A stretch of DNA of 62,736 bases, counting the filler, from Choristocarpus tenellus KU-1152 (Eukaryota > Protista > Phaeophyceae), in the NCBI GenBank assembly GCA_964200185.2. It is 11 parts of 11 records of this genome, joined end to end, with 100 filler letters (N's around TTAATTAATTAA, not from the genome) between each part and the next. Parts side by side here need not be neighbours in the genome. Positions count along the whole stretch, not along the records: positions 1 to 2,969 come from CAXNAD020023283.1; positions 3,070 to 7,760 come from CAXNAD020013447.1; positions 7,861 to 14,679 come from CAXNAD020007281.1; 8 more parts are not named here. One strand, written 5' to 3'. Below are positions 1 through 12,095 of the stretch, piece after piece. Position 1 is the stretch's first letter. Every line of letters begins with the position of its first letter. The translations under genes and the position numbers were made by a program. The notes under the pieces are model-generated. The model was given only the letters and a program-made list of their open reading frames with translations, made no database searches and was not told the origin of the DNA.

Positions 1-3
1 GGG

Positions 4-273
4 GTGCTCTCTCTTATTATCTTATTGTTTATTACATATATCAGCTGACTCATCATCTGACACATCAAAACGTGTCCTGCCGTTACATCGTTCTATGTCA
101 CTTATCCTGTGTAGCTAGCCCTCGGTGGTGGGGAGTGCTCTCTCTTATTATCTTATTGTTTATTACATATATCAGCTGACTCATCATCTGACACATCAAA
201 ACGTGTCCTGCCGTTATGTCGTTCTATGTCACTTATCCTGTGTAGCTAGAACTATGTCAGAACTCCTCCAACA
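4..273. repeat. Tandem duplication with 131-bp period (4-118 / 135-249), ending in an LTR-like CCAACA
   Basis: Two near-identical copies directly visible. The LTR interpretation is tentative. Confidence 0.8.
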
Positions 274-291
274 GTCCACCTATATCAAGTG

Positions 292-380
292 AAAAGAAAT
301 CGATCAACTGAGATTCGAACTCATGACCTCACACACATGAACAAAAGTCAATGACTCTTATTCCACTTGGCCAACATTCC
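292..380 (-). other. tRNA-derived SINE head or tRNA pseudogene
   Basis: Minus strand shows A box TGGCCAAGTGG (373-363), B box GAGTTCGAATCTC (322-310) and a T-tract. No complete cloverleaf seen. Confidence 0.5.
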
Positions 381-2969
381 TGTTGTGTAGATGTGTTCAC
401 TAAACACGTATAAACCATATAGACTATCAATCTATATTGCACAAGAAACACCACTCAAAAGGGGGGGAGGTTGTCCTTGTCACCAAATCATTCATATCCT
501 ATGGATCAGTACTCACCTAATCACACATTCCTGTCAACAATACTTCCCATTCCTGAACTCTCCCATATTCTAGTTCTTAAACCCAAACACATGCACTGTC
601 CTTCAGAACACAAACATTGTCTCGTCATCCTTAGTTTGTTCTACAGAATCTTCTTCTACACATGAATAAAAAGCATATTCTTGACAAGATGGAACGATCA
701 GTGGATGCGAGGGACCGTGACCAGGTACAAGGATCACTATACGGTGAGAGTTGGAGAGGAGCGAGTCAGCTACCCTTACGAGCTTAAATAGGAGAATTTC
801 GAGTTGCGAAATATCCAGCTTCTTACAGAACAATATAGTATAGAACAAGACGCTCCTGCGCGGGCCTGGTTCTGGACAGGGCCCACGTTGCCGTATTGCA
901 GGCGAGAGGCACGGCTTTGAGGAGGCACCGAAGCCATTCCTATTCGTGAGTCACCCTTTACTTCACCAATCCGGTACATGCCTCCACACTGACGTCTTGT
1001 GTTGGAGAGGTCGAATTTTGTTAAAATGCAAGTGATTTTTTACATTTATCATATTCGATTTTAAAAATCTTCCCTATCATTCACGTACATGTGTCCTCAT
1101 ACGCATGCTTTTAATGACCTGATGACTACATATTTTTAATTATTATATTCGGCCTTTGTTCTCTTATACTTACTGCTACCCCCCTTAATGCACCCTTAGA
1201 TGATAGAACTTAGACGTCGGATTTAAGATTTTCGTGTCTGTGTACTATAGCCCTACCTGTTATTAAATCAACATCCAGAAAATTTACAATGTGATGATTA
1301 CGCCGTCTCTTTTTGTGGCGTGGTCTGGAACACGCAGCACCCCCGTATATCCTGTACAAGGACACTAGACAAAGACTGTCTCTCCCACACAACCAACCCT
1401 GGGACGTGTATGTGACATGAACTAACACCAAGCGAAGCAGTGTATAACCCAATAATAGCGGCAATCCAACTGCACCCAATTCGTTCATGGTCATGACCCA
1501 GTATATGCAACTCACAACCTTCTCCCTCGCCTCTTTGCGTTGCTCCGGCACAACGGTCGTTGACAGAGAGATAGCAAACCTAGCACAGACGGAATACCCT
1601 CCCATACTTCATATCACGATCCAAACACAAGGATAAAAACAGCTAACCCCTATTCCACTCCTCGTCAAAACTGCAACACCGCCTAACCAAAAAATTGAAC
1701 GTAAGGGTAACTTTCCTAACCCACAATCACTCTACACAGATCCAAGCGCTAAGCACACATCCTAGATGCATTCTATGCCACAACAAATAAACAAGGGCAA
1801 ATACTCCACGACTCAAGACAGCAAATGCACTATTTTTGAAACACCTGGTCGGGACCCAAATGGACGCCCCAGTGCAGTTCCCCCCCCCCCCAGATACTTT
1901 GGTCAAGATGTAGAAAACACGAATTTAATACAAGTTTTATTGTACCAAGTGATTGTTTAAATAAGGATGACAACACACTTAACAAGCCTACTTCGTCTAA
2001 AGATGAAATTTCTGAGGGAGATGACCTGTATGAGTGATAGTAAGATCTTCAAATCCTTCTCTCTACTACAGTGTCTCAGCTGACTATCTGTTCGGTAGAC
2101 GTACAGGTTTATTAATTTCTAACGAATACTATTCTCATGGGATCGATTCTCGCCATGGTTGAACCTCCGTGAAAAGGCTAAACACGCCGCCATGATGCAC
2201 GACCTCATATTAGTAACTGCCCCTCACATTGGTAAATGCCCGCCGAAGTTGGTCACTGATTAGAGGGATAGCAAACCTCGTGCGAAACCTCATCAAGCCT
2301 AACAGGTTGCGATCCCTGGGATTAGTTTTTGATAGAACATTTTTAAACCGCTGTCCGTGTCTACTGAGGTCCTATTCCACTTCGTCCAGACGTTTTCCTT
2401 GATCACAACACCACCATCTGGCAGGTGACAGTACAAGCACTGCAAACCCCGCCTCCCAAAAGGTCACGCTGCCATGTCCATGGACTCCAGTTCCTCACTT
2501 CTTTACAATCACCGAGACTTCACACTACAACAAAAAATTCAATCTTTTCTTGACAGCGCTTCTCCTGATAGTTTAGTGGTTAAGAGACCTGAGGGAAGGG
2601 GGAAACCTGGGAAAGGTAAGGATCTGGGCTCACGGCACTCGAAATGTGGCAAACACTAAAACCAAAAAACGAGTTCGTTCAGAACATGCTAATTACATCG
2701 GACCCGGGAATATGGACAGACGCTGGATATCCTACGCATCTTGTCTGATGGCAATGGAACTCAGCTCAAAACCGGAGGTGGCAGATGTGATTGGTTTCTT
2801 AGTCAATTTCGAGGATGGGGATTGCATTTGTACGCAACTTCTTCTCCTCCTGCCACAGAAAGTCCATGTCCGATGGAATGGGGCTGTGGTGAAGTCTGAG
2901 AAAAGTATATTAGAGGGTAGAGCCGTGTCCATTTGGGGGTCAAAATACAATGTTGTGATTTTGATGAAA

Positions 2970-3069
2970 NNNNNNNNNNNNNNNNNNNNNNNNNNNNNNN
3001 NNNNNNNNNNNNNTTAATTAATTAANNNNNNNNNNNNNNNNNNNNNNNNNNNNNNNNNNNNNNNNNNNN
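2970..3069. other. Artificial contig linker (44 N + TTAATTAATTAA + 44 N), one of ten
   Basis: Identical 100-bp blocks start at 2970, 7761, 14680, 19814, 24488, 30537, 36792, 41497, 44254 and 58604. The 12-mer gives stop codons in all six frames. Confidence 0.99.
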
Positions 3070-4250
3070 ATAACGACATATATATAGTTTTCATTGGTTT
3101 CCCCCCTGACACATCTGCAAAATATCAGAGGGCATAATAATAAAACATACATAGAGCATGAGATTTTTACCGTTGATTGTTGTGCATTGTAAGAGGCAAA
3201 ATAACCAAATAAAATAATAACGACATATTATATATATTATTATGCCCTCAAACATTTTGCATATATTATATAGTTTTCATTGGTTTCCCCCCTGACACAT
3301 CTGCAAAATGTCAGAGGAAAAATAATATTTAAAATATAATAATAGTGGGGAGAGGGAGAGGAGGTTGCAGGAGGAAGGAGCCTGTCAAATCCCATCTATG
3401 ACAGTTTCTTTCACAACACAGGCCTAGCCCTATCCGCACAGGTCATACGGTTTAAGCTGGAGACACCAGGGAGATGGGTTAGGATGAGCTTGTTAGATTT
3501 GTGGGATGCCCCCCTAGCCCCTCATCCTGGAGTACAGGACTAAGCTGGGTTAGAAGCACAGGAAGGGAATGGTGTAGCGTAACTGTTAGTAAAATATCGA
3601 ATAGATTGATGTTCTTCACATTTATAACAAATGTTACTTTTTTAGGTTTATTCTGACATGTCAATAGCTTTTGTTGTTTTTTCTCGTAACACACCTCCAA
3701 AATTTCAGAGATAATAATAAAATACTCCAGTATATTAGTGGAATTGTTGGTCTTGGCAGGATCATAGTATCAACTGCTATGCCTCCAACCTAGTTGGTAT
3801 TCAAGACGTGTCATGAATTTTAAGCTGGAGACACCAGGGAAATGGGCAAGGAGGAGCCTGTTAGATTATTGAGATATTTCCCTAGTCCAGTAGTTGTTTA
3901 GAGCTAAGCTAGGTTAGAAGCATAGCAGCAGTGTGCACATCACATCATACTTACGAGCTTATATTAGAGTGGTGTAGTATAGCTGGTAGTCGAACAGTAA
4001 ATAGATTTTGGAGAGATAGCTTTCACGGTTATGACAACTGTTACTTTTACAGGGGTCCTCATGATATTGAATTGACTTTTTCCCTGACACATCTGAAAAA
4101 TGTAAGAGGGCATAATAATACATGAACAGTACATCTTAGAGAGATCTTTCACAATTGTGACAACTGTTACATTTGTAGGGGTCCTTGTGGTATTGGTTTG
4201 ACTTCTTCCCTGAAATGTCTGCAAGAGTCAGAGGGCATAATAATATATAG
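3070..4250. repeat. Array of rearranged copies of a dispersed repeat; single copy at about 61845-62095
   Basis: Recurring blocks CCCTGACACATCTGCAAAATGTCAGAGGGCATAATAAT, TTTAAGCTGGAGACACCAGGGA and GAGCTTGTTAG, shared with the last contig. Confidence 0.75.
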
Positions 4251-4759
4251 TATCAATCACCATTGTGTTTTCATTTTATCATTTGAAAACAATAATTGTG
4301 TTGTTTGAAACAGATGGAAACAGACTGAAGGGGAGTGGGACGACCCATAGGAGGAACGGAATGGAGAGAGACAAGGCAGAAGGGTGAGTGATCCCTCACA
4401 AGGTCACTCAGCGAGGAGTGAACAGGCAAAAGTGAATGAGGAGAGTTTGTAAGGTCCACTCAAGTAACCCGATATTTACTTCAAGAAGTAAATGCTGATG
4501 TCATATGAGAGGTGTATCTTCTCAAGGAGCGTCACTTTAAAGGTATACCTTTGTTGGAAGATGGCTATCGCAGCTGTAATTTCGTCATAGAGGTTTGGTC
4601 TCAGTTTCCTCCTACCCTTCACACACATCCAAAATGCCAAAATGCCAGAGGACAAATATACATAATGCAATTAGAAGTACATTATGCTGACTACTACCGC
4701 TTGTTTAACCTGTCGTTACCGTTAGTCTGACGACTATCCCAGTCTTGGAACCGTTTAAG

Positions 4760-4921
4760 ACTTCCAGTATCAGAGTTGCTTAATTGCCCTCACTCACCCC
4801 TGTTTTCCCTGAACCCTAACCTTAACCCTAACCTTAACCCTGGAAAGCACCTCCCTAGTTTGTGCAATTCATCGTAAACAATACTGAAGTGAGGGTAATA
4901 AGCAACTCTGACATCGGAAGT
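4760..4921. repeat. Foldback element with telomere-like (CCYTAA)n core
   Basis: Arms 4760-4794 and 4888-4921 are imperfect inverted repeats. Core 4812-4841 is AACCCTAACCTTAACCCTAACCTTAACCCT. Confidence 0.7.
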
Positions 4922-5429
4922 TCAACAAGATTCCTATCCGGAGCCATGGTCAAGGTCAATACATATCGCACTGCTATTGCTATTGTAACTCTATCTCGTC
5001 ATACTACACATACAATAGTGTCAAGGACAGCTACTATTTTGGATCTCCAACACAATGATATATGGATATCACGAACGGCCAGAAACATAGGACGCGCCAC
5101 CTTTTCCCATTGAGCTGTCCAAGAGACCAGTTAACGGTTCGGACAAAAAAGATCCAGATCTGGATGAACAGTAAGGGAAACAGTCAGATCAAGGAGTCGT
5201 TCCAACTCTGACTGATCGTGTGAAGCTGTTGCCGTCATCCACCCCGACATTCTGAGACATTTGTTATGTGCTGAGGTTTCCCTTTTTTTCTCTTGTCTCG
5301 CTCAAATCCAGTCAGTTGAGATGAGTGAAGGGAGACCCGCCAAAGCTCAGTGTGCTCTACTCCCTCTTACCCCTTGTCTTGAGCGGCAGCAAGTCGAATA
5401 TCATTTCCCCCCATTGCAGAGAACCAGCA

Positions 5430-5931
5430 GAGTGAGATTACTTAGAGGGTACGACTTTTTACCTGTTTGTCCATTTGGGGCTTGGCTTCCCACGAGTTTT
5501 CAATGACATTTTGAGTGAATGTATCTTAGAGGGTACGAATTTGCCCTGTTTGTCCATTTGGGACTTGGCTTCCCACAGGTGTTTTATGACATTTTCCTAC
5601 TCCGTAAAATTTGCACGTTATGAAAAGGTGTGTCCGGAACTAGGATATTGACACTTCCTGAAAAACATGATAGTCAAAATTACATCAAAAATCGGAACAT
5701 TGGAATTTGACCCCGAAATGGGCGCGGCTCTACCCTCTAAGATACTTTGGCTCTTTACCTACTCCAAAATGTTTTGGAGTAGGTAAAATGTAGATGTTGT
5801 GAAAAGGTGTGTCCAGAACAAGGATATTGACATTTCCTAACAAACATGACAGCCAAAATTTCATCAAAATCGATAAATAGGATTTTGGCCCCCAAATGGA
5901 CGCGACTACACCCTCTAAGATAGTTTGACTC
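5430..5931. mobile_element. MITE family A with a second family A copy nested inside (5513-5753)
   Basis: Two left TIRs (5430, 5513) and two right TIRs (5753, 5931). The inner copy has TSD TTT, and removing it restores a unit of about 258 bp. Confidence 0.8.
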
Positions 5932-6063
5932 AACAGGCATTGATAGCCCTCAGACTGCGACTGAGACTGATGGGATTCGGACCTGCGAAATTAATGCAAT
6001 TGACAACCCCCTTAACAACTGAGCCACAAAATGTCTCATCGTTTGGAAGAATGAGTTGGTTGT

Positions 6064-6322
6064 GAGTCAGACCAATTGAGAGGTAGGCAAGTTTGAACCC
6101 TTTTGCATTCCAAGCCACCTTTCTTGTCCTGTGCCATACACTCTAGTTTCGTTCTTTTAAGTGCACAAGAGTGCACGCAAAACTAATATTCTTCCCTTCC
6201 ACACACAAAGTGACACCTCATTTCAGCAAAGGCTCTTTCAATAATTGCACAAGATGGTGTAATTCTGCACTTTCGTGCGATCCTTAGGATGCCAACCGTT
6301 CACCTCTCAGTTAGTTTGACTC
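6064..6322. mobile_element. MITE family D (259 bp)
   Basis: GAGTCAGACCAATTGAGAGGTAG...CACCTCTCAGTTAGTTTGACTC, homologous to 33625-33887 and to a partial copy at about 25574-25665. Confidence 0.75.
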
Positions 6323-8029
6323 TTTATCTGATTCCCGACCACCAAGACTTTGGGCCCCAGGAGCACAGAAGCATAGAAAGGTCCCCTCCATGTTGAGTGA
6401 CCCTGCTGGAACCGAAAACGTTTTGGGGATATTTGTCTTTCTGCATCCCATTTTCTCCAGGAAGAGGGGCATGATGGGGTGAGATACGCTTTTTTCTATT
6501 GTCCTTAGAAAAAACATAGACAGCAATTCCAATGCAATATATGCTTGTTGGTGGTGGTTAAGAAGGGCGTGCCCTGCACCAATATGGTGGCTTCGGATAC
6601 CATCGATGCCATATTCCATTTCATCAACAATCTGGTTTCAAATGTGTAATTCCAAATGCATGGGTTTCGTGTGGTGATTGGGTAAAACAATCATGTAAAT
6701 ATTAAATCAAAAAGAATACCCCCAAGAAACAGAAACTCTCTCCTTATTCAGATTATGTACTCTATTGCATACTGCATCGTGAATAGGTGCTACTATTGTG
6801 ACTTGATCAACAGGCTAGGACGGCAGAAGAAACTTCATATCTATTTCACAGGAAGAATAGACCTGTAGCAGATTCTACAACGTTTTGAAGGCCTTCAGTC
6901 TACAACGGGAGGCTAAGGTATTTACTTCAAATTGGTCCTTAAATGGTCCGTATCTTGGTTGTAAACCCCAAAATAACTTAATTGGCTCCGCCTTGTCCCT
7001 ACGTTTCGAGCCATGTATATATATATATATATATATATATATGCCTAACTCGACAAACTCTGGGAGATACTCCATCAGCCGTACTTACTAGGTGCATCCG
7101 TAAATAGCGACCATGTCATGATGCGATGAAAGTCAAATTGAAAATGGAAAAACTTTACTCTTTGCAATGTAGAGCAAAATTGAAGTAATACAAGTAATAA
7201 TAAATATAAATATGTTCTTCAAATGAGTACTGGTGAGTGATGGATGACTCCAACATCCTTCACCATAACCCCTTTCAATACATTGATTACTGTGAACCAT
7301 AAAGGGAGATGGGGAGGACGTCTAGAGTGCAGAGCATGATGGGCACTGATTGCTGATCTGCAATGATCAGCAGTTGTAGCAACATTGGGAACAGCAGTGA
7401 CAGCAATAGTGTTGATAGTAGCATCAAACATGCAGGCTTCCTCGCCCTGTTTGACAGCTCCTCCGGATGAAGGCCTATTCAACAATGCAGTTATGGGGAT
7501 CAGTGTGATGAATCTGCCAATAGTGCAACCTGGGGTTTAGTGTGCAGTTTGACTAACAACGGAATCGATGTGTACTTGGCCGAGAGAAATGTAGTGTTGG
7601 ACGTTGTAGGATTTAGAAGGGACTAGACAGTAAGATCTCTCCTGTCTTGTGTAACTTCAAGATCTTGGCTTCAAACAAAGGAGAGCACGAATACAGGACT
7701 GATAATCTCAATACAAAAGTCCGCAAAAGGAAGATCGTGTGCCCCATAAGGCAATCCTAANNNNNNNNNNNNNNNNNNNNNNNNNNNNNNNNNNNNNNNN
7801 NNNNTTAATTAATTAANNNNNNNNNNNNNNNNNNNNNNNNNNNNNNNNNNNNNNNNNNNNAATCGCAACATGAAAAAATTGACCCCAAATGGACAGCCGC
7901 CACCCCCTCCCAGATACTTTGAGTCATTCAGAAATGTCCTGTACAAATGTGTAAAAAAAGGCGAGTTTTGCATTTATTAGTCAGCATCCTTTAATTGCAA
8001 TTCTGGGTACCTCTCATTTATTTTGATTC

Positions 8030-9500
8030 TGACACTTCGAAGTATTCATCAATGGTTGCTTTCAGTTCCTAACCATAGCCCTCATCCTTCCACCACCCTA
8101 CTCTCCTTAGGCTCTCATGCCACTCACAATTCATTGATGCTGCCACCCAGTGACCAGAGAAATTTCTTGCTTGAGCAAGACAGCAATATGTCAGCCATCT
8201 GGCCCGTTTACTTTCAGAGAACACAAGTACATTGATTTCAATATACACTTTCACCGTTTACTTCCAATTGAACAAATTGCAGCAAAAGCATCCTCCTCCT
8301 GCCATCCACTCTCTCTTTCCTTGCCCTACTTAGCTGTAACTCCACATGTCTATGATTGTACAAACATGTTCAAGATGCTCTTTACAGTTTACTTGGGCAA
8401 ACAGTGCAGCAGTCTAGTTTTTCATGGTGTTTGTCTCAGTCCAACATGTGATCCAATGCTCAGAGGTGTTTGGGACTGCGTGGTGGAAGACTGTGACCTT
8501 GCAAGGTGAACTTTACAATCTACCAGTTGGGAAAAGCAGGGACTTGAAACTTCTTTGTATTGTGCAGCCTTGTCCAAATATGAAATATTTTGTCTTTCAC
8601 ATCGATGGTGTTGTGGCACCATGACATACCCATGTATGTGGTACTACACTACTGTGTTGGGGCATTATTTTCATGCAAACGACCCAAGCCGGAGATTATT
8701 TTAGTGCTTGGGGAACAGAAGCATACGTGTAGTGCCTAGGTCACCATGAGATCGAAAAACGTAGGAAAATATTTGCCGTGGCAATTGCTGCAAATTAGGA
8801 ACATGAGTAGGGCATAGATGCAACATTGTAGAGGAGATTATTAGTGGGTGGGTGTAGCTTCAATCACAAGGGAAGCGTTACTTTGGCAACTAAAACTGGG
8901 GGACGAAGTAGAAATTAACCAACACCTCTATGGCTGACTAGATTTGGATGTCAAGAGAATATAGGTATAAGATGGTTGCTGTGTCAGCTGTCAAGACCAG
9001 GCAACACGATCTGAGCATGAATAAAGGAGGTCAGGGGCTATAGGTGTATGTCTAAAGGGAGGTAACATTTTGCCAGGACAAAAATATGAGAGTCAAATTT
9101 GTACTGATGACAATGGTGGTTGATTGCTGGAGCATATATGGATGTTATCATTTTCATCATGGGGATCATTGCCATGAAATCAGGTCTCCCTATCAGAACT
9201 GTTCTTCAAAAAGCATGGAAGGCAATCAATAGCATCAAGAAATACAGCTTGTACACTAAACGGGGCTCTTCTTCCCATCAGCAGGTACCACCACAAAATG
9301 AAATTGAGTGCCTCCTGAATTAATGCTCCCACCCCCCACTTCCAAACATATCAAAGGTGCCTCAGTCCAGGTGTGGATGGCATTGGTCGTGGATTTGGAG
9401 CAGTTGCGGAAGCACACCTGCGAACCTGCTCCTATCACCCATCTCGATGTGTTGCTGAGCTGTCTGAGAGGGGGGAGCTTCTTTGGGCATGCAAGGAAAT
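8030..9500 (-). mobile_element. Highly degenerate copia RT/RNase H remnant
   Basis: Minus-strand fragments in the expected order: WTEA..E..GTQFHFVVVPADGKK, SIYAPA, TYMGM, TVKSILNM, LVFSES..NFSG..EWHES. Heavily interrupted. Confidence 0.4.
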
Positions 9501-10416
9501 TGCGTGCAAGGGATTCCGCCTTATCAATACCACCCAGGGGGTAATGCTTGTCCTCGCTGGGGTCACTCGCCTGGCGGCTGGGACAAAGGAGCTACCATGG
9601 CAGCAGGTGAGGGTGGAAATGGGTGCTGAGGTGGATGTAGTTAGTCTGCAGGATGGGGTGTGGCAGTGGGGGGTTGGTAAAAGGTCTTTGTGAAGGTGGG
9701 GAAGTCTTAGGTCTTAAGGGAGGTCATGGTGGTGGGCGGTAAGAAACACTGAAAATGGTTGCACTCTAATGTACTTGGGGTATTTTCCCATCGCTGTGAA
9801 CCTAATTCTAGTCCTCTCCGTTGGATGCACTGTTGCATATTCAATGACATTGCCAAGCCGAGGTTTGAAGCATTGTCTTCTCATTTTTTTTCAGAGAGGT
9901 GTCAGGATATCGCGAGTTATTCTTCAAACTCTGTTGCTTGACTGAGAATATTGATTGCTGTGTTTTTTTTCTTTTTTATGTAGTGGATACTCATTGCTGA
10001 AGAGGAAACTGCGTTTATCAGAGGGAACAAAACGCTCAGTTATGTCTTTCTCATTCTGCTTCTGTCTATAGAGCCAGAGACTGAATTTATCCTATGCTTA
10101 TGACAGTAACATCCAAAGAGCTCACAGCACAAGTTTTTGACAATAACCCTACATTGTTTGGTGCAGTTTAGAGGCAATAAATGGGATAGAGGATGAGAAT
10201 TGACCCAATTATAGTGGCTGACAACAACGCTTCTCACTTCCTGTTCGGAGGCTTGTATGTGGTTGGCATTTGAGTACTATCACTTGAAACAAACCGCACA
10301 AAGCAAAATGAAGACAATAATATGTAAGGTCCAATGTAGCCCTGTCGTTTTGCCCTCCATTTTCTTTCTAATCCCCACTCCTTCCAATGTCCCCCTTGAT
10401 CACCCCCACCTGCCAG

Positions 10417-12095
10417 GATGTGGATGGAGATCATAACTTGGCCACTGCCGCAACTGAGGTGCAGCGTGTCTGGCGTGGTTCTTGTGGACGGAAGCAAGCA
10501 CACTGGGTTGAGCTAGAAAATGAAGCAAGGCGACAGTTGGAGCGACTACATGAGAAAAATGAAACAAAAGCGATGGCTGAAGCTGAAAGGGAGATGGTCA
10601 ACACACAGCAGCAACCACAGGGGAATTTGGAACCTGTAGGGAATAGAGGGATGGCGATTGTGAGCAATGCGAAGTCTGAAGTCCAGAAGACAATTGAGGG
10701 TGGTGGGACAGCCACTATGTATGGAAAAGAGAGGTGAGGATGGTGTTTAAAGATAGGGAGCATAGGCGCTGTAGGTTGCTTGCTCTAGAGAGTGGAGTAG
10801 CTCATAGGCCATGGAAAAATGCTTGGTACCAATAATGGCTGCCCAGAGAAACCACTCAAAGGGTGCCTATTGGTCCCCACAGCACATATAAGCAGGGATA
10901 GGCAGACCAACTACAACTCCCAGTACTATCAAATGATCTTTTCAACTAGTAGTTGGCACGCGTGTTCTGGAGTATATAGTTTGAAACGCAGGTTTCTGAG
11001 GTCCTAAACATTCATGAAGCAAGGAGAAGGAGGTTACACGACTATTTTGCCAATCACCCAAGCAAAACGATCCCCATGCCCTTCTTCGCCATGGAAAATG
11101 AGATCCAACACACTGACCTGTTACAGCCTGTAGTACTTTTGTAAGTTGTGCATTGCCCACCAATTTAAGACACCTCGTCCACTTTGAACATTTCTAATGC
11201 ACTTTGCTTCACTATGAATCCAAACATGTAATCTGTGGCAACAAGACAACCTGGTTGGGAAAAGTCTTTGTTGCCTCAGAATGTCAACATGACGTCATTG
11301 AAGGTGATGGAGACACAAAAAGCACCAGAGGAGGAGAGCTTACTTGAGCAGGAGCCCCAACAAATAAAAGTTATGCCCATTTCCCTGACAGCTCCAGATT
11401 CCTTGCCCACAGTCGAAAGACGACCAGCAGATGCAATGACCAACTGCCCTAGTGTTGAACGGGTTGAGTGCATGACAGAGGACATCTCTACTTCATGGGA
11501 ATACATAAGAGAAGGGAAAGCATCTACTAAAAAATCCGGACAAGGTCAAGGACATGGTACTGTGTCAGGGGGTGGCCTGGTCTCAAGCAGTAGTTTTGGG
11601 ATATCCAGGTTTGAGATGATTGTCACAATTGATGGAACTGAGGTTGTCCTCACTGCAGAGATAAAGTCAAGGGCCAAAGGCCCAGGCACAGCAGCCAGCA
11701 TTTACGCATCCAATATCCTTCATCGGCCTTTCAGCCTTGAGAATGAAGTAGAAGAGAATGAGGGAGAAGAGTCGATGCCAGAGATTTTTTTTGAAGCGGT
11801 GGATGTGAAGGAGCAGCGGTGTGCTCAACTTTGCATGAGACCCAGTGAAGTTGCAGCAGCATTTGCTAATGCGGAAGATGAGGAGCTCAGAGAAGCAATC
11901 ACACATCAGGATAGGGGAGCAACTACAAACACTCAAGTCGGTGAAGTGTTAGGGCTGACAGTAGGTGGTGGTACAAGGAGGATACATGACTTGATGTTTG
12001 ATTTTGCAAAGAAAAGGCTCACAATATTCTACAGCAGGCAGTGTGACATCATGATTCTGTCATACAAGGGTCGTCCGGTGGTCGCACCACACTAA
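10417..12095 (+). CDS. Last exons of an uncharacterised protein with an IQ calmodulin-binding-like motif
   Basis: Exon 10417-10733 (CAG acceptor, GTGAG donor) encodes AATEVQRVWRGSCGRK followed by a coiled-coil-like stretch. Long terminal exon about 11246-12095 is open for about 280 codons. Its acceptor is uncertain (a phase-compatible AAG at 11243-11245). Confidence 0.55.
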
